DNA of 64,000 nt from Malacoraja senta (lineage: Eukaryota). Positions 47,835-64,000 of the stretch are shown one piece after another (position 1 is the stretch's first letter; each line of letters begins with the position of its first letter). The DNA lies in the NCBI GenBank assembly GCA_038087875.1, contig CM075992.1:3288001-3352000 (forward strand), given 5' to 3'. The notes beneath the pieces were generated by a model. That model did no database searches. It saw only the letters and a list, made by a program, of their open reading frames with translations, and was not told where the DNA came from. A program made the position numbers and the translations under genes.

Positions 47835-48873
47835 TAGGTATGTTACAAAACTTACCTTCAGTCGCGCTGTAATTCTGCCACTGGCCGTGTGCGCGATTTT
47901 GGCGCCTTTAAGGGGGGCGGGGTTAAAACGCGTTTTTTTCCTACCTTGTCCTGGGAATATTTAGTTGGAGTACAAGCGTTGGCTGACAAAATCGTTCCTA
48001 CCGGCGTTTTGTGAATTTTTTATTTTTATTAAATCGTCAATGTCAGCGCTACAGTCATTTTAAAAGCAGCTCCTGAAGCGTCAACGCCGATAACGGGGAC
48101 GGATTTCACACAATGGACAGGTAAACGAAAGTGCTTTCTTTAAATGTATAAAAGTGCTTCTTAAGAAGCCTTTAATTCACATTTTGTCATGCGACACGGT
48201 GATTTTATTCCCCGAATTAACGGCAGTATTTTTCATGCCCATACGGGGTTAAATTCACCGCAAATGAACGTTCCAAAAGATCGCGTTCCAGTAATCCTCA
48301 CTCGCAAGATGAATTAAATGCCCATTAATTTACAGGTATTAAACATTCAATTCCTTCCATTTGGCCTGTAAATTCATGAAAATTAGATTTAAAAATTATG
48401 TTATATTGTGAATTATTGTGTGAATGTTATTTGGACACTTAGGCTATTTAAAAATGTTAATCTTTCTTAAGAAATTGATAGATGTTTAGATCTAGTAATT
48501 GAATTTTGTAATTAGCTACAATTAGGTAACTAACTAATTATATGCTTTACTTTCATGTCTTCGAAGTAAGATTGTTTCATATTTGTTTCAGAATGCTTCA
48601 ATCTATAATACCTGAAAATCTCTTTCAGTTACCATAATTTTTAAGAAAGTTATGGGCTTTTAACTGTCCTCGATCACAGCTTTTGTGTTAAGTCAATGGA
48701 AAAGCAATAGGGAACTAGATGCTAAAATCTGAGTATGATAATGGCCATAACTTTTTTAATACTGAAGATATGAAAGTGAATTAAGTGTCAAATTAAACTT
48801 CTTTTTATGCTTTATCTGATGGGATAAATTGCAGACTTTATTTTTTAAATCTCAAAATTTTGTAACATTGCTA
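47835..48873. mobile_element. ~1-kb AT-rich non-autonomous DNA transposon
   Basis: 16-bp TIRs TAGGTATGTTACAAAA / TTTTGTAACATTGCTA (14/16), flanking TATATAG duplication; splits a CR1 RT fragment. Confidence 0.72.
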
Positions 48874-49064
48874 TATATAGGGCCACATTTGGAATTACGT
48901 GAGCAGTTTTGGGACTGTGTTCACATCACTTGGGTGAGGGCCGGAAACGTGAAGTAGCACAACATCGTAGAAGCTTCGGGTGGTGAACATTTAATAAAAA
49001 TATTAATCTACACACTGCGGAGAAGCTGGGCGAGCGGTGAACAGATGGGGCGGGGGGGCGCAGC

Positions 49065-54230
<5,166 letters not shown>

Positions 54231-54238
<8 letters not shown>

Positions 54239-54322
54239 CTTCTCCCCTGACCGGATCCACCCCCCTCCCCGCCCCCGGAAGTGACGCACCCCGGCAGCGG
54301 CAGCCTCCGTCTCCACGGCAAC
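54231..54322. promoter_or_regulatory. CLPP CpG-rich promoter
   Basis: YY1 GCCGCCATCTT 54231-54241, GC box 54267-54276, ETS/GABP CCGGAAGTG 54275-54283, X-box-like GTCTCCACGGCAAC 54309-54322. Confidence 0.65.
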
Positions 54323-56647
54323 GCGGCCTAGCGCCAGGCTCCGGGCTGTGGTTTTAGCATTCACGAAGAGCCAGTTGCTGCCCAACGGCAGTCTGACCAA
54401 AGAGTCAACGCGGCAGAGCTCCCGCTGAGAGTAAGTCGGGTCCGGCGGGGGGAGTAAAGGCGTTGAAAGGGAGAATAAGGGCGGTCACGGTGGAGCAGCG
54501 GTAGAGACGCTGCCTCACAGCGCCAGAGACCCGGGTTCGATCCCGACTACGGGTGCTGTCTGTACGGAGTTTGTACCTTCTCCCCGTGGGTTTTCTCCAA
54601 GATCTTCGGTTTCCTCCCACACTCCAAAGACGTACAGGTTTAGACAATAGACAATAGGTGCAGGAGTAGGCCATTCGGCCCTTCGAGCCAGCACCGCCAT
54701 TCAATGTGTTAAAGAAATGTTTTGGCCCGAAACGTTGCCTATCTATCTCCTTCGCTCCATCGATGCTGCTGCACCCGCTGAGTTTCTCCAGCATCTTTGT
54801 GTACCCGCCATTCAATGTGATCATGGCTTAGGTTTGTGGGTTAATTGGCTTGGTATAAATGTAAAATTGTCCAAGTTGGTGATATGCAGAGTACTGCCCT
54901 GCCGACTTGGCTCGAAGGGCCGAATGGCCTACTCCTGCACCTATTGACTACAAAATTCAGAAGGTTGAAAATACTCGGCAGGTCGGGGAGAGGCCCAGAG
55001 TTTTCCTGCTTCTCGATCCTAGAGCCAGCTTGCACTAGAAGATACTTTTGTGTGTTGGAAGGCCCCGGTACCAAAAGCTAACAGTTTGGCCGAGAGTATA
55101 AACCAAAGATTCTAGAGGAGCTACTCTAGTATCTTTGGTATAAACTGGAAGGGTTAGTTGGATAGGGCAACTAACCCTTCCATATCTGCTCATCCCACTA
55201 CATTATAGAAGTGGCAAATGAAGGGTTTTCCTCCTTTTTTTGTTCTTCCCCAGAGTGGACTTCCCAGCAGAAACTAGTGTAATTGACTGAAGCCTCTCAA
55301 GTTCTCTGTTAAACCTGATCGATACAGAGCTGAGGCTGGGGCAGGTGTTGCTTGATATCTGTCTAAAATAGAGGAGGCAGGAAGGTTTGACTGATGAACA
55401 GTGCGTGGGGGTAAATTAAAAAAATGAACATTTTAGGTCACCATTAGATACCATTGGTGGTGCTGGTAATATTGCAAGCAGAGACAGACACACAACTGCC
55501 AGTCCACTCCCTCATGACCCATCCATTACAACAGCATGGGAAAGAAATTGATTCGTTTTCAGATTGAGACTGCTTCCTCCCATTTGTGATCCAAACATCT
55601 TTGTGGGTTGGTTATACTCACAAATGTGGCCATGGCTTGTTAGTAAATCCAGTAATTTTTGCCCACATACCTTCATGGAGCCAACTGTATCTAGCAGGAA
55701 AATAATATATTTTTTTAAATCTCCACTTTGCAAGTAATTTTTCTGCTCCCCTCAAGAGTAGATAATTTACAGTAAATACAATGCAAATCGTGGCTTTAAA
55801 TCTTGTCAGTCTGCTTCCTGTCTTTTGATGTTACTGGCCGCAGGTTCTGATGCTGTCTGAGTTTTAATGGCAAGCCAGCTGGGCCAATCTCTACTCAGTG
55901 AGCCAACATTGTGTAACATTTCCAAAGAAGACAATCACACCAAGTTTCTGAATCTCCTTTATTAAAAATCAGAGGAACATGTTCATACTCAGCAACAGCT
56001 AAACGTGGAAACTGGTTACATCACATATTATCTGCAAATTTGTAACCAGGAAGCCCATCTCACTGATGGATTCTGAAGGAGACTGGCTACTATGAAGAAT
56101 GCCTTATGTCCAGTGACAACAATATTGTTGGCCAGAGAGCCATGAACCAGAGAGCCATGAACCAAAGAAGGAATGCAACCAGCTCCTCAATTTTATTTAA
56201 ACTAGACCCTAAATAATGTTAAACGTACTTGCACTGCCTTTCTAATAAAAATACTATCCAGATAAGCTTTCTGGAAATCTTCAAAGACATTAACACAAAT
56301 TAACAAAAGTCGTAAATTAGATACTGAGGTAATGCAAACATCAGAGATATTAAACTTCCGTGAAGGGGAAGGACAGTACTTGTATTTAAGTACCAGTCTC
56401 AAAAAAACATAACTATTCAAATGTTGTGCACACACTTGGAATATCAATTCTTATTCCTAAAATCTCCAAGGGTTTCGTAATGGCTTGCGAAGGAATGAAT
56501 GAAACAAAATTCTGAATAAAGAGGTAGCTTTATAAAAAAAACATCTTAAAATCTTCAATGCATTGGCACTGGCTTTGTTCTTGAGAGATGGTCTCTTGAG
56601 TCTTCCCTTTAATAGTCATCGTCTGAATGAATGATGGAAAGTCACGA

Positions 56648-56703
56648 CTACAGAACAATCCACATACTGCGTCCGCTATCCGCCAGGCGCTTCAGCGAGC
56701 GAC
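56648..56703 (-). CDS. DCAF15: DCAF15 terminal coding exon
   Basis: [18 protein letters not shown]; minus-strand AATAAA near 56195 and at 55958-55963. Confidence 0.9.
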
Positions 56704-59700
56704 CTAGACAGAAGCCGAGATTCACATTAATCATTGTATACCTACCCTTTGCTTCCTGGTTTTCCAGACAATCACAAAGGCTAATCTGCTCATCGGCATC
56801 CAGTGTGATAATGCAATTGAAACAACATGATCATGAGATTACTGTAGGCAAATTAAATATGGCACAGGTCATTTGCGTTGCCTCAGTGAGCAGCATGAGG
56901 CGCAGCTGGTGGCATAGGAGACCCGGGTTCGATCCCAAGCTCAGACACTGTCTGTGTGCAGTTTGCATGTTCCCCCTGTGATCAAGGAGGATGCGCTGGG
57001 GGAGCTGCTTTCCTCCCTCATCCCAAAGACATGGTTTTGTAGGTTAATGGCCTCGGTAAAATTGCCCTTAGTGTACATGCAAAAATGGGATAACAGAGCT
57101 AGTGTGAACTGGATGGCATGGACTAGGTGGGCCTAAGGGCATGTTTCCATGTTTTATTTCTAAACTAAACAACAACATGACTGTGAAACAACTTCACAGG
57201 CAAGATGACTCAAACTCTACTGGAGTGAATAACTGGAGCAGATTTTTGAGGGGCTGGTAAGAAAAATGACAATAGACAAATGCACAAAATAACAGTGCAT
57301 TGAGTAATGTGTAAAGGTTGCCTTTACAAATCTCCTGACTTTTAAGTCTGTTGTCAGCAGTTCTATGGGCGACACAGTGGCACAACGGTAGAACAGCTGC
57401 CATACAGCGCCAGAGACCCAAGTTCAATCCTGACTCCAGGTGCTGTCCGTAGAGTTTGTACGTTCTCCCCGTGACCATGTTAGTTTACCCCGGGTGCTCT
57501 GGTTTTCTCCCACATTCCGAAAAGGTACAGGTTTGTTGGTTAATTGGCTTTGGTAAGTTGTAAAATTGTCCCTAGGGTGTGCAGGTCAGTGTAAGGGGGT
57601 GATCGCTGGTCAGTGTGGACACGGTGGGCCTCAGGGCAAGTTTCAGCACTATGTCTAAACTAAACTATCCAAGTGAATAGCAGACAGTTCACAGGGGAAG
57701 GGGGAATATGCCTCGTAATATTGCAACAGAGCTCCTTCAATGGGCACACCCTCTTTGTATAAAGACCATAGGAAAGGAAGAAACAGCACTGAATGCCGGT
57801 CGACAAGGTCAATTAGTGCACATAAACCTCAAGGCACTGGGAGGTGTGTGGCTGCTGTATAGCACTGGGGAAGGGAAGGCAGTTTGTAGTTGATTGGCTG
57901 GATGGTGTGTGCCACATACAACTCACATCCACGGCATTACCGCACACCTTTATGCAAAGCTTCGTTAGTCATCCTGTTGACATTGCGAAAGGTACTTTCG
58001 GGAACGAGCCATCGCATTGCGACATCAACGCAGCTTTTCCGAAAGGTACTCCAAACACTGCCGCTGTGTAAGAGAGCCAGAAAGAGAGCAAATATTAACT
58101 GGGCTGAATTTCCATTTCGCAACCAAGGTGGTGCAGGGAAAATGCACCGTCTAGTTTACCTTGTTTGACCCTGGACAGCGGTCAAGTCTCCAACACCCAC
58201 AGTCGCAAAGATGCCTGTGTTTAGGTTCCACGCACCCTTCAAACAAGTGTGATATGCCTTGGGTCTGAAAAATCATTCATAAAGTTTAATAGCAATTTAA
58301 TACATAGTTCAGATTGTAAACATTGTTTAAGGGGACAGGCACATAATAACCAAACAGTAACACTGAGATTCCTGTACTCCTGAAAGGTGGAGAAATATAC
58401 AGTGAGAGTGCAGGAATTAACTAATACTTAATGTTTCAGATTAAAGAGCGACAATGTGAATGAACTTGCAGTCGGGGTAAGTTTGATGGGTCATATGCTT
58501 CGATCCCCATTCAGAAAATCACATACTTTTATCTGGTGGCAAAAATAACTGCAGCATATCCTTTTATTCCAATTTACAGAAAGGGCAGCAATATCGTGCA
58601 GGTCAACATGAAACTCGCCCTGAGAGAACAAATTTCATGGACCCCCTGGCAGAAATGTGGAAATGTGCCTTTGTTCTAATAGGTCATAGAGATATAGAGC
58701 CAAACAGCTTGGAAACAGGCCCTTCGGCCCAACTTTCCCATTATAACTAGTCCCACCTGCCTGCGTTTGGGCCATATCCCTCTGAACTTATCCTGTCCAT
58801 GTTTCTGTCCAAATGTAGCTGAAAAGTTTTTAAAGTTTCATAGTTTGAACTTACCTTGCTTGTCCTTCCTCATCTGAAGGGTATGCTAAGAGCAGCAGTC
58901 CTATGTTAATGATGACATGGTTGGTTACCGGACATACCTTGGATCGAAAAACAGATCAGTGTTCTATAGGTGCTAATTACATATCTAAATACAGCGAGCA
59001 GACATCGAACTGCACTTAAGTGCAGCGGCACTTTGATTTATGTCTACACTATTCCCCAGGCCACACAAGGCCCTTCAACAAGCAACATACAAGACGATTT
59101 TAGCAGTGGAGCAGCGGCAGAGGACACCACGGCCATGCTTGGCCAGGCCAACCCTGCAACACCGCCAGGACAACGGACCTTCATCGTCAGATCAAGATCC
59201 CTGCACTTACAACAACTAGGACTTGGAATGGGCGCCAACTGCCGACTCGGTATACTGTCTCAGCTATTTACTTTAACTGTATCTGAGATACTTATCTAAT
59301 ATGTATCAAAGTGCCTATCTATCATGATACGTGTACTGAACTATATACAAAATTAATTTCACTGTACCTCGGTACATGTGAGAAATAAAGTACCATAATA
59401 ATAATAATAACCAGAATGTTTATAGATAGAATAGGTAGTACGAGTGATAATAATAAAATCACTCTTTCAAATCCAATAAGGGATGGGCAATCAATGCAGA
59501 TCTCGCTCGTGCCAGTAACATATCTTGTATGAATGCCAAAAATGGAAAATAATGTAGTCGGTAACGCATATAACCAAAGCCTATTTCAGAATTTTTTTTG
59601 TGATCTTTTGGATCTAGAAGCAGCAGAACAAGTCTCAATTTAATGTTTAATTGGATGATATTGCACTTCTTCAGCAATGGATCAAAGGGTTGGTATCACT

Positions 59701-61036
59701 CTTGGCTAATTTCATTATCAAGAGACTAATGTCAAATGGCCAGAATAGATAGTTTCAGTGTGAATCCAGCAGATTCATAGCATGTGTGGAACCAAGAGTG
59801 CTTGCTGTATAAAACAAAACTAGAAATATGGCTCAGGATCTTCTGTCTGCATGCATTTGCAGCTTACCTATCCAACAAGTCTGTCCTTATCTTGAAGGAC
59901 CCTGATAAGTTGCATTCGCCCATATTATTGGGAACACATGCAATGGATTACACCTCGTTACAAGCCAGAACAAGCCACTCCTGCAGAAATACTGACATGT
60001 GACGCCGTATATATTAACAGCCATCAGGCTATTAAACCTGGCTCGGACAAAACACTGAACTTTATTAGCCAATTAACTGTTATTTGCACTTTATCAGTAT
60101 ATTGATTCATGTGTGTATATATTTATAGAATGCCTTGTAGTCAATGCCTACTATGTTCTGTTGTGCTGAAGCAAAGCAAGAATTTCATTGTCCTATCAGG
60201 GACACATGACAATAAACTCACGTGACTTGATATCCCTGCTGAGCTGATTGTCAAAACCATCACAAATATTTTGAGATAGAATCATAAAGTTATGCAGCTT
60301 GCAAAAAGTCCATTTGGCCCACTACACCCATGGTGACCAGGGGGCAGCATATCTCTCAGTACTTAGCCTATTGCCTTTAATGCCTGGGCGATTTAGATCC
60401 CCTCATACCCTAAACTTGTGGCACGTTGCTGTGTTGAAGAGCTGCATTGTTGGGGGAGTGAGATCCAGCATTTCAATCTAATGGCCACTAAGTAAACAAC
60501 GTATTTCAAAATCAGGATGGCTTGGGACTTGGAAGGAGTGACACTTCTCCAGACACTTCTGCTCTTGTACTGTTTGTCATGATTTGGAAGACGATGTTGA
60601 ACAAACCTTGACAAGCTGCTCGAGGGTGTATGCATACACTGTATGCCGGTGATGGAAGTAGTGAATATTTAAGATGGAACAGGAACTGGTCAACAGTTAT
60701 TCAACATGACAAGATATATTCCGACACCACACCACTGCCAAGCAGTTCATACCCCTTGTTTAAGAAGTAACTGCAGATGCTGGAAAATCGAAGGTAGACA
60801 AAAATGCTGGAGAAACTCAGCGGGTGAGGCAGCATCTATGGGACAAAAATGCTGGAGAAACCCTTCTTTTGTTCACAACCCTTCCTTTGTTCTGTTTAAT
60901 CACTCACCTCTAGGATTACTATATCATAATCACTGAAGGAACAGTAGCGTTTTGACCAGGAAGCATCATTCCTTATCACCTCATTAATAACATATTCAAA
61001 GTCAAGTGTCAGTTGCTCTACAGTCAGGTACTTGCC
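56648..61036 (-). CDS. DCAF15: DDB1- and CUL4-associated factor 15, last five coding exons; 5' part lies beyond the right edge
   Basis: [53 protein letters not shown]...[11 protein letters not shown] and WIVL* match the DCAF15 C-terminus as recalled. Confidence 0.93.
57368..57665 (+). mobile_element. V-SINE (HE1-like) full-length copy
   Basis: tRNA-like head, V-domain, CTAAAC tail. Confidence 0.78.
57948..58063 (-). CDS. DCAF15: DCAF15 exon
   Basis: [38 protein letters not shown]; 116 nt. Confidence 0.92.
58160..58264 (-). CDS. DCAF15: DCAF15 exon
   Basis: [34 protein letters not shown]; 105 nt. Confidence 0.92.
58855..58937 (-). CDS. DCAF15: DCAF15 exon
   Basis: [27 protein letters not shown]; 83 nt. 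Confidence 0.92.
60908..61036 (-). CDS. DCAF15: DCAF15 exon
   Basis: [43 protein letters not shown]; 129 nt. Confidence 0.92.
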
Positions 61037-61257
61037 CTAGAAACACACAAAATATAGGACAATCACTTGCAGGCACATGATTTCATTGCAACATCTCATG
61101 CAATAAATAGTTTCCATAAATAAATCTACATCCACAGAACAGCCGTACATGGGACACACATAAATCCTTAGTAGAATGACATAGGGAAATACAACCTGTA
61201 AGAGTTCCCATCTTTTGGATGAGACATTAAACTGAGGATCTGTATGCATTATATCTT

Positions 61258-64000
61258 GATTTTACTTCGGAGTCACGTGAGTGACTACGTGAAGAACCCC
61301 GCCAGTGCGCCTGCGCTTCATTACGTCAGACGCCTTGACGCAAACGGACGTGAGGAGCAGAGCTCCTCTAATGGATTTGTAGTTTTTTAACCACATGGTA
61401 AGTAAAAACTTTTTTCAGTATTTTCAGGTGCGTTTACTGTGGGCCTGTGGAGATTTTTTCCACAGACGCCATGGAAAAAACGGGCAGGGAGAAGAGGTGA
61501 GCGACTCAGCCGACAGAAAGTCGGGAAAGTCGGGAGTCTGCGGTTAGCGACCAACCGCCTCTAACCCCGGTACAGTCGCCAGCGGTGAGCATAGCGACTG
61601 TGGACCTGGGGCAGTCAGCGCCTGTCGGGCGCAAGGCCAAGTTCGAATCGAAACGGGCCACGGAGGAGGAGTCCCAGGAAATGGAAATGGAAGAAGCTCC
61701 AGGGCTAGATACTGCTTTTAAGCGTATTGCCCAAATGGAAAGCCTGCTACATAGGCTGTTGGAGCGAAGCACACTCAGGTAAGAGTGTACTGAAATCCAA
61801 GCTGCTGGAAGCAGCTCAACAGCTCCTGGTACAGGGCTGATAGAATGCACCCTCAGGGATGAGGAGCGTGTCACGGGTCATGAGATTTCAGACCCCGACT
61901 CTGACGGTGAGGCTATACAAGGCGAAGAACGGCAGCTGCCAGATGTTCCACCCCTGGCAGTACGATTCGCTGCCCCGTCAGGGTCAGGAGAGCCATTAGG
62001 AGAAGAATTGGCCTCCCTAATAAATCACTTGGTTTCCCATCAGCTGGAACAGCAGGAGATGGATGAGAATGCAAGAAAATATGAATTGAGTATGACTATG
62101 AGAACTCAAGAATTGAAATTGCAGAGAATATTAAAGCTGCTGGGTTCTGCAATAACTGCTTTTGCCAGAATAGCGGATAAGAGCCAAGAGATGACGGAGT
62201 TGCATCAGGAAGCACTGGGGTTGCTATGCAGCACCCACTTTGAGATCAATTGTCTGAGGAAAGGTGCTATACGGCCTACTATGAATCCGAAATTCGCAGC
62301 ACTCTGCAAACCAAGTAATGTACAATTACCCAACTTACTCTTTGGAGAGGATCTCGGGAGACGTATTAAAGAGTTGGAAGATGAAGCGAAAACAGGATTG
62401 ATGAAAACATCAATGGTTGTAAAGTCTGTAAAGAGGAAGTATCCTTTCAGACGTCATACAGATCCTGGACCAGGACCAAGTCGCTCATTAACGCAGGGAC
62501 GTAGCTGGCAGCCTGCAGCGGGAGCAAGAACCAGTGGGGGTGCTTCCGGGAGAATCCAGGGATATCAGAGTACTCAAATGACTCAAGAGGTAGGTGGACC
62601 TGGTTCTCATGGAAACATACTAACCGGATTAAGTCCAAAAATTGGAGGCAGATTACGTATCTTCTATAACAATTGGAAGAAGATTACGTCAGATGTGGTA
62701 ATTCTGAATAGTATACATGGATTTCGAATCAAATTCAATCCAAATTATGATTTGCCTGTCCAGCATGTTCCTAGCAGAACTCTCCACTTTGCACAAAAAG
62801 AAGTGATGGAGGTTCAAGCTGCGTTTCAAACCCTATATATAAAAGGCGTTATTGAAGAATCAGTCAACCAAATTCACCAATTTGTGTCAAATATATTCCC
62901 TCGATCAAAAAAGGATGGAGGATGTAGGATTATTCTCGACTTGACAAGTCTGAATCCTTTTGTTTAATTTAAACATTTTAAAAGGGAGACATTTGTGACT
63001 GCCAAACAACTTATTTCAGAAGCATGTCATAAGGCAACTATAGATTTAAAAGATACATATTCAGTGTCTGTTTACTCGGAAGATAGGAAGTATCTTAAAT
63101 TTACATGGATGAACCAGTTATGGCAGTTCAAAGCTTTGCCTAATAGGTTAACGTCCGTTCCCAGAATATTCACAAAATTGTTAAAACCAATTCTGGGGTT
63201 GCTGAGAAGCCAGGGGCATGTACTAATGGCATACTTGGATGATGTCCTAATTATAGGAAGGACAAAACAGTCAACAGAAGCATCTGTTGCAGTTGTGAAA
63301 TCAACTTTTGAAAGTTTGGGGTTTCTAATTCATCCAAAGAAATCAAGGTTAACACCATGTACCTCGATTGATTATTTGGGGTTCACAATTGATTCAGTCC
63401 AAATGAAAATTACTTTGCCCAGTGAAAAAAGGGTGGAGTTGATTAAAGACTGCAGTAATCTGTTAAACGAGCAAAAACCCTCAATCAGACAGGTGGCTCG
63501 AGTACTGGGAAAATCAGTAGCAGCATTCCCAGCAGTCCAATACGGACCATTACATTATCAACAGCTGCAGAGAGTTAAAGAACAGGCACTGAGAATGCAT
63601 GCTGGTCATTTTGATAGAACCATGCAACTAACAACAAATGCTGTTTCTGATCTGCAGTGGTGGATTCTACATGTCTCAAGCAGTTCCAGCAAAGTGCTGA
63701 TTGAACAACCTTCCATGATAATACAAACTGATGCCAGTGCACTAGGATGGGGTGCAACTGACTTAGCATCTAGCTGTGGAGGCAGATGGAATCAGGAAGT
63801 CATATTGTTACCGCAGACATGGGGAGTTAACTATTTTGAGTTTTAGGATGTTTCTATGGACTCCAAGCTTATTCTAACACAACTAAAAGGCATGTTCAAG
63901 TTCAAATTGATAAACACAACAGCAGTGGCCTATATTAATGATATGGGTGGAATCAAGTTGGGGTCATGTGACAAAATGGCTAATCAACTTTGGTCTGGGT
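61258..64000 (+). mobile_element. Decayed DIRS1-type (tyrosine recombinase) retrotransposon: gag-like, RT and RNase H; truncated by the window edge
   Basis: GGRLRIFYNNW, FVSNIFPRSKKDGGCRIILDL, IDLKDTY, QFKALP, AYLDD and RNase H TDASALGWGA; gag-like LLFGEDL; in-frame stops; left boundary approximate. Confidence 0.85.

Noticed and set aside
61268..61280. CLEAR-like GTCACGTGA (also ~60218)
   Set aside because: Inside transposon sequence, not at a lysosomal gene promoter.

Overview
Repeat-rich vertebrate genomic DNA. V-SINE/HE1-type SINEs, CR1 LINE tails and Penelope-type short repeats point to a cartilaginous fish, probably a skate or ray (inference). Four spliced protein-coding genes lie head-to-tail on the minus strand. 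From right to left: the last 5 coding exons of DCAF15 (61036->56648), complete CLPP (54238->49065, 7 exons, 248 aa), a complete divergent SSX2IP-family gene (43776->26683, 13 coding exons, about 609 aa), and MAN2B1 exons 1-16 (23487->314, continuing off the left edge). A decayed DIRS-type retrotransposon fills 61.26-64 kb inside a DCAF15 intron. Most supplied ORFs are repeat-derived or spurious. Main observations: (1) a minimal, P4-less HDV-like ribozyme fold with a CPEB3-identical L3 at 9571-9624, heading a ~140-bp TSD-flanked retroposon; (2) an abundant short repeat carrying a minimal hammerhead-like core, often in fold-back or tandem form; (3) tandem copies of the CLPP ATG micro-exon; (4) a ~59-copy 17-bp minisatellite of 5' splice-donor motifs just downstream of the SSX2IP-like promoter; (5) a +1 frameshift in MAN2B1 exon 7; (6) tandem CLEAR boxes at the MAN2B1 start. 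All calls were made by eye and comparisons to human proteins are from memory; no database searches were run.
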